Assembly: GCA_038087875.1 (NCBI GenBank)
Contig: CM075998.1
Span: forward strand, 684,001-748,000
Source of the DNA: Malacoraja senta
Taxonomy: Eukaryota
Reading direction: 5' to 3'
DNA length: 64,000 bases
The notes under the pieces were generated by a model, which searched no databases, was not told the DNA's origin, and saw nothing but the letters and a program-made list of their open reading frames with translations. Positions within the stretch are counted from its first letter, which is position 1. Every line of letters begins with the position of its first letter. Made by a program: the position numbers and the translations under genes. Positions 1-12,218 of this stretch are shown piece by piece.

Positions 1-400
1 AATACTTGTTCTGTACCATTTGTTGAGGGTCAGAGGTAGGAATCCAGGCCCCAAATCAGAGGCCAATAGAAGCATCCCAGTTGCCGCCCTCTTGCATCAG
101 CCAGAACATCTAAGTGTCCATCTCCAATGGAAGGGACGGGCAAGGAACATCCTGCAGGAACCTGCACTTGGGTTCCGAGTGGGTTGTTGTGGGGATGAGA
201 GAGGCAAAGGCCACAAGGTTGATGGAAAGAAAATGTAGTTCCTTGTGGGGAGGAACCTATCAATGACACAGCCAAACGTGTGTCATTAAAGAACCCCAAA
301 AAGATCAGAGAACTTTCAAAGGGGTGCCCAGTGCAACGGGGTGAGAAAGTTACTGACGGCTGGAGAGAATTCAAACTGAACTCATAAACTTCCTTCACAG

Positions 401-514
401 AACTCCCTGACAGACCAAGATTTCAAACTGGTTTTTGGCCTGTCAAGAGAGGTGTTCGCTGCGCTGCCCAGCTGGAAACAGATCAACTTGAAGAAGTCAA
501 AAGGAATGTTCTAA
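401..514 (+). CDS. AVIL: Advillin, last coding exon (villin headpiece C-terminus)
   Basis: Acceptor ttccttcacAG at 399-400, then [37 protein letters not shown], a villin headpiece (F..VFG..R..F..LP.WKQ..LKK.KG.F). Lies tail-to-tail with TSFM as AVIL does in human. Confidence 0.88.
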   Translation, partial: NSLTDQDFKLVFGLSREVFAALPSWKQINLKKSKGMF

Positions 515-1200
515 AAGAAGGAGAACTGTAGAGCATCTGCAAACTGCATCCTGTCGCTTTAGCTTGGGGAATATCTCCAAACCACCCAGAAAAGCAAAAC
601 AGACAAACACCATCTATTCTATAAACCATTCACTAAAAACTTTACCTCTACTTACAAATATTTAAACTTTATTGTTTACTTGCCTAGATAATTTTATGCA
701 TCACCAAGACTAAATGGCAATAAAGGAGAACCATGGAATATCACAGCAGATCCACTGAGCACCATGTCTGTAACTCTTCTTCCAAATCTCCACTAAGGTC
801 TTCTGCAGAAATTCACTTCAAGGAATGAAGAAATATTTTAACTGCCCTGATTCTCTTTAAGAAATCTTTAAGATTTATTAAGATAATAAATTGAGGGATG
901 AGTTATTGCAACTTTCCAGTTTAAACCCTCTGTCAAATAACAACAACACCCATCCATTTTCAGGAGCAGGGGATTACAACAAAATATCACTGATGCCAAA
1001 TAAATACATGTGTCATGTCTTCCACTCTTGAAATTCCTAATTTAAGCCTAACATTTCAGTTCAAAGCCCTAATTTATACATGTAGTTCCCTGCATCTAAA
1101 ATAATGTTTTACAGTACAATTTTTCAAATATTATAAACATACATATAAAATGTGTACTCGGATCCAAAGTTGTCTTATTGATAAATCAATTGCACTTTGT

Positions 1201-1506
1201 TGCAGCCAGCTCGTGTGCAGGCAGCCAGCTCGCAAATAGTCCGCAAGCAGCTCGCAATTAGTCCGCAACCAGCTTGCATGCAGACCAACTCGCAGTTAAT
1301 CCGCAACCAGCTTACATGCAAACCAACTCGCAACTAGTCCGCAACCAGCTTGCATGCAGACCAACTGGCAATTAGTCCGCAGCCAGCTCGCAAACAGGCA
1401 GGCAGCTCGCAAATTGTCCGCAAGCGACTTGCATGCACACAGCCAGCTCGCATACAGATCACCAACTTTCAACTAATCTGCAGCCAGCTCGCAAGTAGTT
1501 CGCATC
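1201..1506. repeat. Degenerate minisatellite, 38-41 bp unit
   Basis: Unit approx. ccgcaaccagcttgcatgcagaccaactcgcaattagt recurs at 1263, 1301, 1339, 1377 and 1418, with more degenerate copies either side. Confidence 0.85.
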
Positions 1507-2831
1507 CAATGTTCATCATGAATGCCTCCCATTATTCCAGCTGAAATCTAACTAAAACCATGCACTGCAACAGTTGAATCTCTCCTAATTTATACTCTCT
1601 CCTTTATCCTACATAATTTAGCCTCTTGGTTTTTGTACTAAATGTTTTGTTTGGTTCTGCATTGAGTGAAATGGGTGAGTTAGTCAAATTTTAAATTAGC
1701 AAAAGCTGCACCAACTGTACTGACAGAATTTGAATCTGCAACAGAGTGAAAAGCTAAGCATCTCATTTCTTGCTATTAGAAATTAGTCAGGCTGTGCACA
1801 GCTTCTGCCGCAACCCACCGGGCATGGGATTTCAGAAACTGCTTCCATTTGAGTCTTCACTCAGTAACAGTGGTAAATAAAATAGTTTCAAAGCCATCAA
1901 TTTGTCTGTGCTTACTTCACTGTAAACATGTAGCATTTTGTACAGATGTCAAGCTGAGCCTTTGGTCACAGGTTCTACATGCATGTTCATATTGTGCTAC
2001 TTAATGGAACACGTCACATTGTTATTTCTCGGTAACATTCCTATTACATGTATCGTTGACTAAAGTGGGAGGGAGGGTAGCTGCATGGGCAGGAATACAA
2101 TGCCCTCAGTATCTCTGAGGGGTTAGTCACCAACGTGGTTAACAGCGTGGCTGTCCTGTGCCTGAATGACCTGATGAATTGTCAAGTGTCAGATATTGAT
2201 AATTAACAAAGAAATAGTTTATAACCATGTGTCAGCTGTTGCTATGACTGGAAAGGGGAATAAGAGAAAACTGCCTTGTTCATTAGAGCAGGGAATCTTA
2301 ATTGGAAAATAAATATAAGATAGACACAAAATGCTGGAGTAACTCAGAGGGACAGGCAGCATCTCTGGAGAGAAGGAATGGGTGACGTTTTGGGTTGAGA
2401 CCCTTTTTCATTGTTTTTGCACCTAGTGCCAGTTCCAAACACAATAGGGTCAGAGTTGAGGATTTGCCTCCCGTTACCTTCATTGACCAGGCAAGAACTC
2501 ACACTAATTCTCTCTTTGCAGCTATCTTGAACAGTTAACACACACTAACCACGGCAGGGCTGAAGCGTGCACCTGTTGACACTCTATTTTGCTTATTATT
2601 TGCCTGGGAAGCTGAGCTCGCCTTTGTTGTCCCATGAGGTAACGAGCTGTTAATTCCATGCACTTAAGACAGCTGCATAACGTATATCCTGCTACTACAT
2701 TGCACAAATATTAACATTCACACTGTCAATGTTCAAATGAAAGAGACAATAGGAGTTAGCTATATTTTGTTTGATCAGTTCATTGGATGGTGTGGAAGTC
2801 AATAATACAATCCAAGAAGTTTGCAGCTTCC

Positions 2832-3170
2832 AGCGTGACTCAGTGGATAGTACTCTCACCTGACTCAGAAGGTTGTAAGTTCAAATCCCACTCTAGGGGA
2901 GAATAGAACAAGCCAGCTAGGCACTGTGCTTTTGTAGATGTGTATTTAACATCACATTCAAAATGGAGTTCCAATCTGCACTTCCAGGTGGATGTTAAGG
3001 AACCTATGGTGCTGTTTCACCACAGTGCAGTGTGAGGAGGTTGCTCCCGGGTATGGAACCAATGTTCAAATCTCTCAACCACCATCATTAAAACAATGTG
3101 GTCATTCAATCGTTGGTGATTGTAAGTGCTTGCAATGCACAGTTTAACAGTTGTGTTTCCTACATTACAA
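2832..3170 (+). mobile_element. Old tRNA-headed SINE (Deu-SINE/SacSINE1-like)
   Basis: A-box-like tgactcagtgg and B-box gttcaaatcc, followed by a Deu-domain-like body (tggatgttaag...atggtgctgttt...tttcctacattacaa). Family assigned from recollection. Confidence 0.55.
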
Positions 3171-3836
3171 TGGGAAGTACAGTGTCATTGGGCTGGTAGG
3201 TATCGTGGGATGCGTTGTTTTTAAAAACTGCTGAATAAATACTTTTTGCATTCCTTTTAAACACTGATTCTGGCTGAGCTCATTGATTTCAATCTGGCTG
3301 CTGGCGAGGACACTAATGATTACCTTGCCCCTGCCTGAGCTAAAGTCAGGGAACACTTCCTGGTGCTGAAAACTCACCAGTGACCACTCGTTAATAGTTT
3401 GGCTGTGGGTGTTGTATTTGACTGTAGTGTTGTGGATCCACCCCACAGACAACTCAAAAGCCTAGTCAGCCTCACATTAGATTTCCATAGAACTACCCCA
3501 GCCTGAAAGACCCAACTCAAGAGGTAATTATCTACAAACTGTCTTGGTAGCGTGAAGGACTTTGGGCTTTTTTGTACAAATATTCGTTTTTAATCTATTG
3601 AACTTTTTCTTTGTTTATTAAGTTCTGAGTACTGTATTTGTAAGACCTGGAATGCTGCCACAAGTAGGAATTGCATTGTTCAGTTTTCAGTATATATGAC
3701 AAACACTTGAAACAGCAAGAAGAACTAAGAACGATGGAAAAATCCATACTAAATGGGCTGGAGCTTGTTATTTTATTTGAACATAGAGAAATAGACAATG
3801 AGGAAGTTATTGATTTCCAGGTCTGCAATGTTCCAA

Positions 3837-4255
3837 CTATACACTCTCTGCCACCTCGGTTACTTCGCCACATTCGTACCGTACAAAGTCCAATACCGAC
3901 ACTCCACTTGTGTGCAGGAACTGCCCCACTGTGGTGCCAGGGTCCAGCAGGAAAGGCTGAGCCAACATTTTGGTCTCTGAATCATCACCGGGCGGGTCAT
4001 CGATGGAGCCCACAGACAGAGGCATCATTCCCACAATATGCTGTCCCAACCTGCGGCCTACCTCAGAGACGTTAACTTTGGAATTCTGTTCCACAGCCCT
4101 GTAGATCACTAATGCGCCATATTTTCCAAACACCATCTTTGAGAGGGATGGGCTATCTGCTGGCAGCTGTCCGTGCACGTATGTGCCGATGTACCAGTCA
4201 GATGGTACAGCCACCCAGGCTGCTCTTCTGATTGCCATGTTCTCACCAAGGTTAC
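3837..4255 (-). CDS. TSFM: TSFM exon 6 (last coding)
   Basis: ttttcaAG|GT AAC CTT GGT GAG AAC ATG; (G)[14 protein letters not shown]...[23 protein letters not shown] on the minus strand at 3772-3777 and 3614-3619. Confidence 0.96.
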
Positions 4256-7200
4256 CTTGAAAACAGTTTTGATTTACAAAAAAGGACCCGTCAAAATGTT
4301 GTATAAAGCAGAACGAATCTTCATAAATCCAAGTGAACAGAGATCTAGGGGGTTAGGAAGAGGATACCACAAACCAAATTTTGTATATAATGGAGAAACA
4401 AGGAACAGCAGATGCTGGTTTATACAATTTTTTTTTTTAATGTGCTGGAGTCATTTAACAGAGGGTATGAAGAAATGTCCTGACCTGAAATGTCCTCCAG
4501 AGATGCTGCCTGACCCACTGGGATTCTCCAGCATTTAGTGTGTTTTTTAATATAATGGTCAGCTTTACCACATGATAATGGGAGAAGGTTGGGAAGTGAT
4601 GAAGGAAGGGGTGGTGGAGTATATCGAGATGCAGGTCAGTGTGGAGGAATGCACACTTCAATACATCTTGCACCTGATGTTAACACCAGGTGGAAGAAGT
4701 CCAACCATCTGGCCAATCCTTTACCTCTTCCCCAGCATCACAACCAGGTATGTCTCCACCTTCGATGAATGCTACAAACATCGTTCCTACAACCTTTCCT
4801 CTCTTCCCTGCACCCTGAGTACGCTAAAACCAAGACTCGGGTCCCGCTCCAACACATATTCTTCTGCAAAATCTTTGCCTCCACATGTGATGTTTCTGAT
4901 ATCACAACCAATGTTGTGCTTTTAATGCAATGTGCCAAGGATGTGAAATGCAAATCTTTCTCTCGCTCTCAAGTCACTCGAGAATCTGCACTAAACTACC
5001 GGGACCATAGAATTCACATCGAAAATATTTACTGGAGAACCACCTCGGATGCTGTCTGTGCGGAGTTTGCACGTTTCCCTGTAACTGCGTGGGTCGCCTC
5101 CCACATCCCAAAGATGTGCAGGGATGTAGGTTAATTGGTCTCTGTAAATTGCCCCATGAGTATAGGGAGTGGACGTGAAAGTGGGATAACACCAAACTAG
5201 TGTGAACGGGTGATCAATGGTCATCGTGGACTCCCTGTGCCAAAGTGCCTGTTTCCATGCTGTATCTCTAAACTAAACTACATTGACCAAGAATACCATG
5301 CCTGTGTCACCCAAGGAGAACAACAAAATAACGAATTGGTTGAAGTCTGCACTTCCAACCTTACCGATAGCCAGGGCGAGCTGGTCAGCAAGAGCACGGC
5401 TGTCCACAGGAGTCTTCAGTTGGTTTATTTCTTCAGCCATAAGGGAACTCTGCAGAGTAATAAAGAACATTTTCAATACATACATTTGTAAAGTTGTCAC
5501 TTATTAATTGGAAGCACCCGTCCTTTGGTCAAACAGTTTCAGCTGGAGTGTCTGGGACAGAATTAAGGGAGGGGTTTATTGAGAGCGGCCCAGGATGACT
5601 TGTGACACAATTTCCCTGCCTGCTCCCTCTCTCTAGGTGGCAGTGCTAGGTTTCCACTTGGTGTATCTTCGGAGCAAAACCTCCTGCCGTTGCTTTGTGA
5701 TACCGGCACGTTGGCATTTTCCCCAGAGAGAAACACTGAACAATCTAAAGCTGCTTCAATACAAGGATGGTGAAGGGTGCAGATAGGAAAAGTGGTCAGT
5801 CCCCAAATAGTGTGGCCATTCTCCACAGATTGCCTTTTGGGGAACTCACAAGGGGCATTGAACTTTGCAGGAATTCTGAGAGCATTGTATCTTGAGTGGC
5901 AAGGTAGGATTTTTCTCCAGCATAAAAAAAAAAATACGGCAGATGCTGGAAATTTGAAACAAAATGCTGGCTCAGGTCAGCATCGGTCAAGAGTGCCACA
6001 GAATTAGTATTTCAGGTGTGATGTGGGGTAGTGGCAGGATCAGCAGCGAGAGGTTTCCCAATGCTCTGAGCAGTTGAGTTGCACGTGTTTAGCTGGTTAA
6101 TATCCATCTGTATCCCACTTTGAGGGTCCTTAAACCTCCAAGTTTAAATCTCCTGGCTCGAGGCCTGTACTTGCTGGAGTTTAGAAGGATGAGGAGGGAT
6201 CACTTTGAAACCTACCTCCAAATGAAAGGCCTAAGAGGATGTTCACATCCTCTGTGGGAGAGTCTAGGACCAGAAGGCATAGCCGCAGAATAAAGGGATG
6301 TATCTTTAGAATGGAGATAAGGCGGAATTTCTTTGGTCAGAGGGTTGTGAGTCTATGGAATTCATTGTCACAGATGGAAGTGGAGGCCAAGTCATTGGGT
6401 ATTTTTAAAGCAGAGATTGATAGGTTCTTGATTAGTAAGGGTGTCAAAGGTTACGGGGAGAAGGCAGGAAAATGGGGTTGAGAGGGAAAAATAGATCAGC
6501 TATGATCGAACGCCGACCAGACTCAATGGGCCAAATGGCCTCATTCTGCTCCTATGTCTTGTGATCTAATGTGCACCTATGCCCTCTGGGGTTAAGTATA
6601 ATGTACCCTTTCAATGTGGGTATCAAGATCAAACCAAAAGCTGTCGGGCAGGTATGGACTGCTCAGTCTGTTCAATTGAAGACACAAAAAACTGAGGAGT
6701 ATCTGCTGGTGTAGACATGATTATAAAAGAGAGAGAGAGAGAGACAGAAACACTTGACAAACCTTGGTATAATCAGTGGTGGTCACCTGCTTGGAGCGAC
6801 AGTGTTCCAGCGTGGCAGTGGCTGTCTGCTGCACTAACTGCTGGAACTTTACATTCCTGGCAACAAAGTCAGTTTCACAATTCACCTGCAAGGGATGAGA
6901 CATTTTTTACAAATCCAATTGATTCCCACAAGGGAGTAAAATTGTACAGCACAGGAGTTCAATCAGCCCATCACACCAATGTCTGTTCTCAACAGTAATC
7001 CCATGAGTGCCACTTTCCTGCGTTTTCCTAAAGCCCATCAGTTTTTTTATTTCTTTTAAAGTACGTCTCAGATTCCCTTTGAAAAATGTTTTATTGAATC
7101 TGCTTGCAATGCCACGGCAACGTGTTCAACATCATAATTTCTTTTTTTAACTGTCATCTGCACTCTGCTTCTTCAATGTTATTGATGTCTGTATGTTCTG

Positions 7201-9043
7201 GTTACCAATCCTACTGCCTCCCATTTTAACTAGTTCAAATGAAATTTCCCTACCACTACTTTAACATACACCGTAGTCCGTTAATAGGTTGCCACACCTA
7301 ATGTAATGGCTCACGTTCAGGGAGATTTCATGGGACTTCAAAAGGAATTGCATGAACATTTGAAAATGAGTAGATTGTGGGGAGACAGCAGGAGGGGTTG
7401 GATTGATTGGAGACTTATTTTAAAGGGACATAGAGTATGTCCCTTTAAAATAAGTGCTGTAGTATTTGATTTAATACATTTACCACTATTTACTACACAG
7501 AGTCATGTCCAAACTTTGTAAGTCTTTACCTCCACCAGGACAGCGGAGTTCCCATCCTGGAGCAATCCAATCAGACCCTCCGTTGTCTTCCGGCCTTGTA
7601 GTTTAGAAGCTTTGCTCCATCCTTCCTTGTGGGCTTGCTTATGCAGCCAGGCTTCAGCCTTTGAAAAGAGGTCATCATTGACAAGCAGTTATCCAGTGGT
7701 ACATCACTTTATCCATGGAAAGACGATGGTGTGGAGTTGCCCCTCACTAACTCAATGGACTCCCACCACCCAGCCACCCATCTTCTGATTCCACTTCCTG
7801 GCTTACAAGCTGTCTGGATTTGAGTAAGGGATTCTGCTGTTACCAAGTTTCTTGTCTATTTTTTAAAAATCACATAAATCAAATCCCTGTCCATTATCTC
7901 AAGTAAGGGAGAAAAAGGGGTAGTGCTCCTTGCTATTCGAGCCAGTACCTATCCCTCAATCAGCATCATTGAAACAATGGGGTCTTACAGTGTAAGAAAT
8001 TTAAGCGGGGTGCAGGCCATTCAGCCTTCACCTACCTGCTGAAGGTCACTGTTGAAATTTTCCAAGGCCTTCTTACAATTTGTAAATGAGTATCCCGTCT
8101 TTTTCCGGAGTTTTATGAGAAGCTCTTTATCTGTTGCTATCGATCTAGTCCCAGAACAGTGGAGAAACTGGACGGGTTGCGTAGAGAAGATCTGGTGAAG
8201 ATAAGACCAAAATCTCTGACATGACCAAGGCAATTTTTAATCTACACATTTGCAGCCTGACTTCATTCCCACAGTGCATGCTACCTCAGTGTTACTAACA
8301 TTCAGTCAAAGGTCATGATCCTGACCAACACTCGCTCTCAGAATTGTTACCACTCACAATCGTAGAAAGAGGAATGACATATATAGCACAGGAGGCGGCT
8401 ATTATGGTGTCTTTACAAAAGGGCTTGTTTTTTAAGCTGTATGACTCTATCACAGTGGATCAGGCAGCATCTCAGGAGAACACGGACAGTGATGTTTCCG
8501 GTCAGGACCCAGTGATATAGCATGGAAACAGCCCCATCGGCCCAACTTGCTCACGCCAACCAACATGCCCCATCTACACTAGTCCCGTCTGCCCGTGTTT
8601 GGCCCAGATCTATCTAACCCTGTCCTATGTATCTTCTTCAGATTGGTTGTACATTTTTTCTTTTTTTTGTAAACCGGCATCTGGGGTTCCTTGTATCCTC
8701 TTTCAAAGAATCTAGTTCCACACAGATTACAACCACGCGTCAATATATTGTGTCTTCCTCTTTAATTCCGTTTGCCCCAAATCTTTCTGTCTCTTCTGTC
8801 AATTTCTGTTATATTTCAAATAACTGCATCACACAACATCTTTATTTAGTGCTGGGCCTGCTTTAAAAGCGAGTGCCCATCATCCCCTCAGCACATTAGT
8901 TTTACTTCGGCCTTCTAAAGGATTTTTCCACCGGGATTTTATTACAACCGCTCATCGTTAATGTGGCAGCGAGTAGAGAGTTTGGTGTTTTTTACCCTGG
9001 AGATGCGGGTTCGAGCGGTCCGCAGAGCACACGGGACGAGCAT
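3837..9043 (-). CDS. TSFM: Elongation factor Ts, mitochondrial; whole gene join(8996-9043,8036-8191,7530-7658,6763-6885,5365-5449,3837-4255), 960 nt = 319 aa
   Basis: Six exons with GT-AG boundaries and consistent phases. EF-Ts motifs [43 protein letters not shown]. Confidence 0.96.
5365..5449 (-). CDS. TSFM: TSFM exon 5
   Basis: ctgc[30 protein letters not shown](G)|GTaag; 85 nt. Confidence 0.93.
6160..6565 (+). mobile_element. CR1 LINE 3' fragment
   Basis: Encodes the CR1 ORF2 C-terminus (LEFRRMR...[16 protein letters not shown]...[22 protein letters not shown]) plus 3' UTR. Confidence 0.85.
6763..6885 (-). CDS. TSFM: TSFM exon 4
   Basis: ttgc[22 protein letters not shown]...DYTK|GTttg; 123 nt. 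Confidence 0.96.
7530..7658 (-). CDS. TSFM: TSFM exon 3
   Basis: ttcaa[45 protein letters not shown]|GTaaa; 129 nt. Confidence 0.96.
8036..8191 (-). CDS. TSFM: TSFM exon 2
   Basis: cacc[13 protein letters not shown]...[32 protein letters not shown]|GTagg; 156 nt, phase 0. Confidence 0.93.
8996..9043 (-). CDS. TSFM: TSFM exon 1 (start of mitochondrial presequence)
   Basis: gcatc[19 protein letters not shown]|GTaaa. Arg-rich with no acidic residues, in a CpG-rich patch; phase 0 fits exon 2. Confidence 0.82.
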
Positions 9044-9130
9044 GATGCCGGGGGTAAATGCAGCAAACAGCGGCTTCCCCGCCGGCGGAAGACAACCACG
9101 AAGGGGAGCCAGCAAGGACAAACCTCGACA
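9044..9130 (-). promoter_or_regulatory. TSFM CpG-rich proximal promoter/5' UTR
   Basis: CpG cluster with GC-box-like cccgcc and ETS-like cggaag directly upstream of the TSFM ATG. Confidence 0.5.
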
Positions 9131-9339
9131 ACATCTAGCCCAAAGAACTCAAGCGAGGTCGCATTTTGAATGTTGCTCTGAATTTCGGGTGGCTCCCACT
9201 ACTGGTTGAAATCGACATTACTGTCGAAGCAGAAAAAGCCAAAGATCCTATAGCAAAGATCTTTGGACAAAGCATTTCCCCTCTGATACATGCGTACACT
9301 TACGTCCCGCTGAGTTATTCCACCTTTTTGTGTCTATCA

Positions 9340-9410
9340 CATATATACATATATATATTATACATGTACATATATATGATTGTGTGTGTATATATATATT
9401 ATATATATTT
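9340..9410. repeat. (TA)n/(TG)n microsatellite
   Basis: atatatacatatatatattatacatgtacatatatatgattgtgtgtgtatatatatattatatata. Confidence 0.85.
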
Positions 9411-9956
9411 TTAATCTCCTTTTCAGCTAAGCTGGGCGAACACCATTCTTGCCACTAATTCAACATGTTGCGGAATTTGAGCTCATAACCTCGCCTGCAT
9501 CTTTCTTCGGAGATTCTAAGAAACCCATCTCTCTGTGCAACTGGATACAAAACAACCTAACAAGACTATTTAAATGCTTTTGGTGTCCAAGCCAGCTTCT
9601 CCCCTCCACCAACATCTCACAGTTTAACAAACCATTCATTTTATTTCCTTATCCATAATTATTACCGTTCCTTGCTTTCAAATCCCTTCATATCTCGCTA
9701 TCACTATTATTTCCTCATTCCTCTAACCTTTGGAGCCAAGTCTAATTGCACTACATTGCCCTAAAAAATCACCCCCAAGCAGCAATGGGAATACTACAGT
9801 TGGCTTAAGACTCTGGGTTGTGGGGTGGTGACGGGGGGAAAGAGTAGAAAGCAAAGAAGAGCCCCTGCTCCTGGTCATTGACAAGCTTCAAGCTCAGCTC
9901 TGATTGCCCCTATGGTCAAACAGCCTGATTCACATTGGCTACATGTTAAGATTGTC

Positions 9957-10088
9957 AGAAGAAGGGTCTCAACCTGAAACGTCACCCATTCGCTTTCTCC
10001 AGAGAACCTGCCTGTCCCTGCTGAGTTACTCCAGCATTTTGTGTCTATCTTCAGTGTAAACCAGCATCTGTAGTTCCTTCCTACACAT
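9957..10088 (+). mobile_element. Penelope-derived short element with 11-bp TSD
   Basis: gaagggtctcaacctgaaacgtcacc...cagcatctgtagttccttcc, flanked by ttaagattgtc at 9946-9956 and 10089-10099. Confidence 0.65.
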
Positions 10089-11115
10089 TTAAGATTGTCT
10101 GGTTGGTCATAGAAACATAGAAAATAGGTGCAGGAGGAGGCCATTTGGCCCTTCGAGCCAGCACCGCCATTCATTGTGATCATGGCTGATCGTCCCCAAT
10201 CAATAACCCGTGCCTGCCTTCTCCCCATATCTCTTGATTCCACTAGCCCCTACAGCTCTATCTAACTCTCTCTTAAATCCATGGTCGACACATTGGGGGG
10301 CATCTAAGGCAAACGCATGTTGGCACCCGAGCAAGGGCAAACGTTTTTTTTGTTACTGTTGACAGGTTTTTTTTAATATTCTGCTGCACTGCCAGTGCTG
10401 GTTTGGGGGGAATCTACATTAGTCTTCACTGATGCATGACTGTGTGAGTAAGCTGAATAAATATCCAGGTCATTCAAACATATTGATTCAGCTGGTTGCT
10501 TGTTCACACAGCTGTGGCAGGTAGCCGGTCTCCAACTCCCTCTCCAAGTGCTACCTCACTGCTCAAACAAAGCTATTCAATTTGCCTGAAACAAAGAGGC
10601 TGGATTTCTATATACATCTATGCGATGTAGAAGGAGGCCATTTAGTCCGTTAACCCTGCGCCAGATAGCCTACTGAATGGCTCCTGAACCAAGTTCATCC
10701 CAGGACTAAAAACCAAAAATGCTGGGTCTCCACAGAGTCTCATGCCTGTAATGTTAACTTTGTTTCTCTCTCCATGGAGATTGCCTGACCTACTGAGCAT
10801 TTCAGCATCCACAGTGTGGATCTTTTTAGTTCTACTGGAGAGAGTAGGAGGGCAGCCCTCAATTTAATGCACCATTTGAATGACAGCAGCTTTGAAAGTG
10901 ATTGAAGATCTGGAGTGGTTGAATTCACAACCCAAGGAGTTAAAGGCGAGTGTGCTACCTCTAGTCACCACGTATGTTCATACACCTCCATGTGAGGAGA
11001 AGGGATGATTAATGGGAGCAGCTATTGCCAGACTGACCTTCCATCAGCCAGTTCAGTTTGGAATTAACTGAACAGCAGGTGTGTCGCAAATAGAAAGTAC
11101 ATTTGCAAACCAAAG

Positions 11116-11296
11116 ACAGGTACAAAGTGCTGGAGTAACTCAGTGGGTCAGGCAGCATCTCTGGGGAACATGGATAGGTACAAAGTGCTGGAGTAACTCA
11201 GTGGGTCAGGCAGCATCTCTGGGGAACATGGACAGGTACAAAGTGCTGGAGTAACTCAGTGGGTCAGGCAGCATCTCTGGGGAACATGGACAGGTA
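11116..11296 (+). repeat. Three tandem 58-bp copies inside a Penelope-derived element
   Basis: tacaaagtgctggagtaactcagtgggtcaggcagcatctctggggaacatgga(c/t)agg at 11121, 11179 and 11237. Confidence 0.9.
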
Positions 11297-12059
11297 ATGT
11301 TTTGGGTTGGGACACTTCTTCATACTGATTGTAGGGTGGGGGGAAGAAAGTTGGGAGAGAGGAGGGGCAGGACTGAGCATGGTTGGTAAACGTCAACCAT
11401 TCATGTTCTCCAGAGATGCTGCCTGACCCGCTGAGTCGCTCCAGCACTCTGTGTCTATATATGGTATAAACCAGCATCCGCAGTTCCTAGTTATTACATT
11501 TGCATACCATCTGCTCATGTTCTTAATTTCCCCATAAAGCTTCACAACGATGTACCCTCGAGTGCAGCTCCTCCTGTTACATAGGCAAATGCTGTGGCAA
11601 CATTTGCCTGTCACAGGAAGCCACAAACAAAATATTGGAGTGGGTTGGTTAGGAGAAAAGGAGGAATTGTGGCTCCTTTCATTCAAATAGTCTTGTGGGA
11701 TGCACATGCATAGGCAAACAGAGAGGACATCCCACATCTGAGAGACCAGTGCTGCACGCTCTTTGTATAATAAATCTGCTGGAGGAACTCAGCTAGTCAG
11801 ATAGCCCAGTCGGAGGAATGTGTGTCTCCCATTAGATTGTTTGTTGCTCCAGATTCCAACATCTGCACTCTCATGGTACTGCAAATGTACTTGCCTGCCT
11901 GTATTTTTTTGCTCGAGGCACAGAGCGGGGCTTATACATGGAGCCTTCTGGCTCAGAGAGAAAAAATGAGCCAATACTGCAGCACAGTAGGGTGGGTAGA
12001 GCAGTTGCAAAAGGAGTGCTTTCTCTCAGCTTCATCTACTTTCAGGCCACTACACTTAC

Positions 12060-12218
12060 AGATTCCCAGACTGAACCAGCAATTCCCAGGTCAGCGCTGA
12101 ACTTCTGGGTGATCTTTACAACATGTCCACAAAACTCGTACGTGCTCTCCTCCATGTAATAGTCTGCAAACAGATCATCGTCCTTGGGAAAGGCACTGCA
12201 TAGATGCTGTTCCATCAT
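12060..12218 (-). CDS. EEF1AKMT3: EEF1A lysine methyltransferase 3 (METTL21B)-like, first coding exon only; rest of gene not found, possibly truncated or a pseudogene
   Basis: ATG ATG...MMEQHLCSAFPKDDDLFADYYMEESTYEFCGHVVKITQKFSADLGIAGSVWES|GTAAGT resembles the human N-terminus ([45 protein letters not shown]). Syntenic position upstream of TSFM. Acceptor ttttcacccCAG at 12304-12305 gives a full exon of 12060-12303. Confidence 0.85.

Noticed and set aside
10655..10710. Minus-strand DELGSGA after an acceptor-like tttttag, resembling EEF1AKMT3 motif I (ELGxGTG)
   Set aside because: A stop follows two codons later and the flanks show no similarity to exon 2; indistinguishable from chance.
11880..11935. 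ALCLEQKNTGRQV on the minus strand as a possible EEF1AKMT3 exon 2 remnant
   Set aside because: Very weak similarity, no motif I and no clear splice sites.
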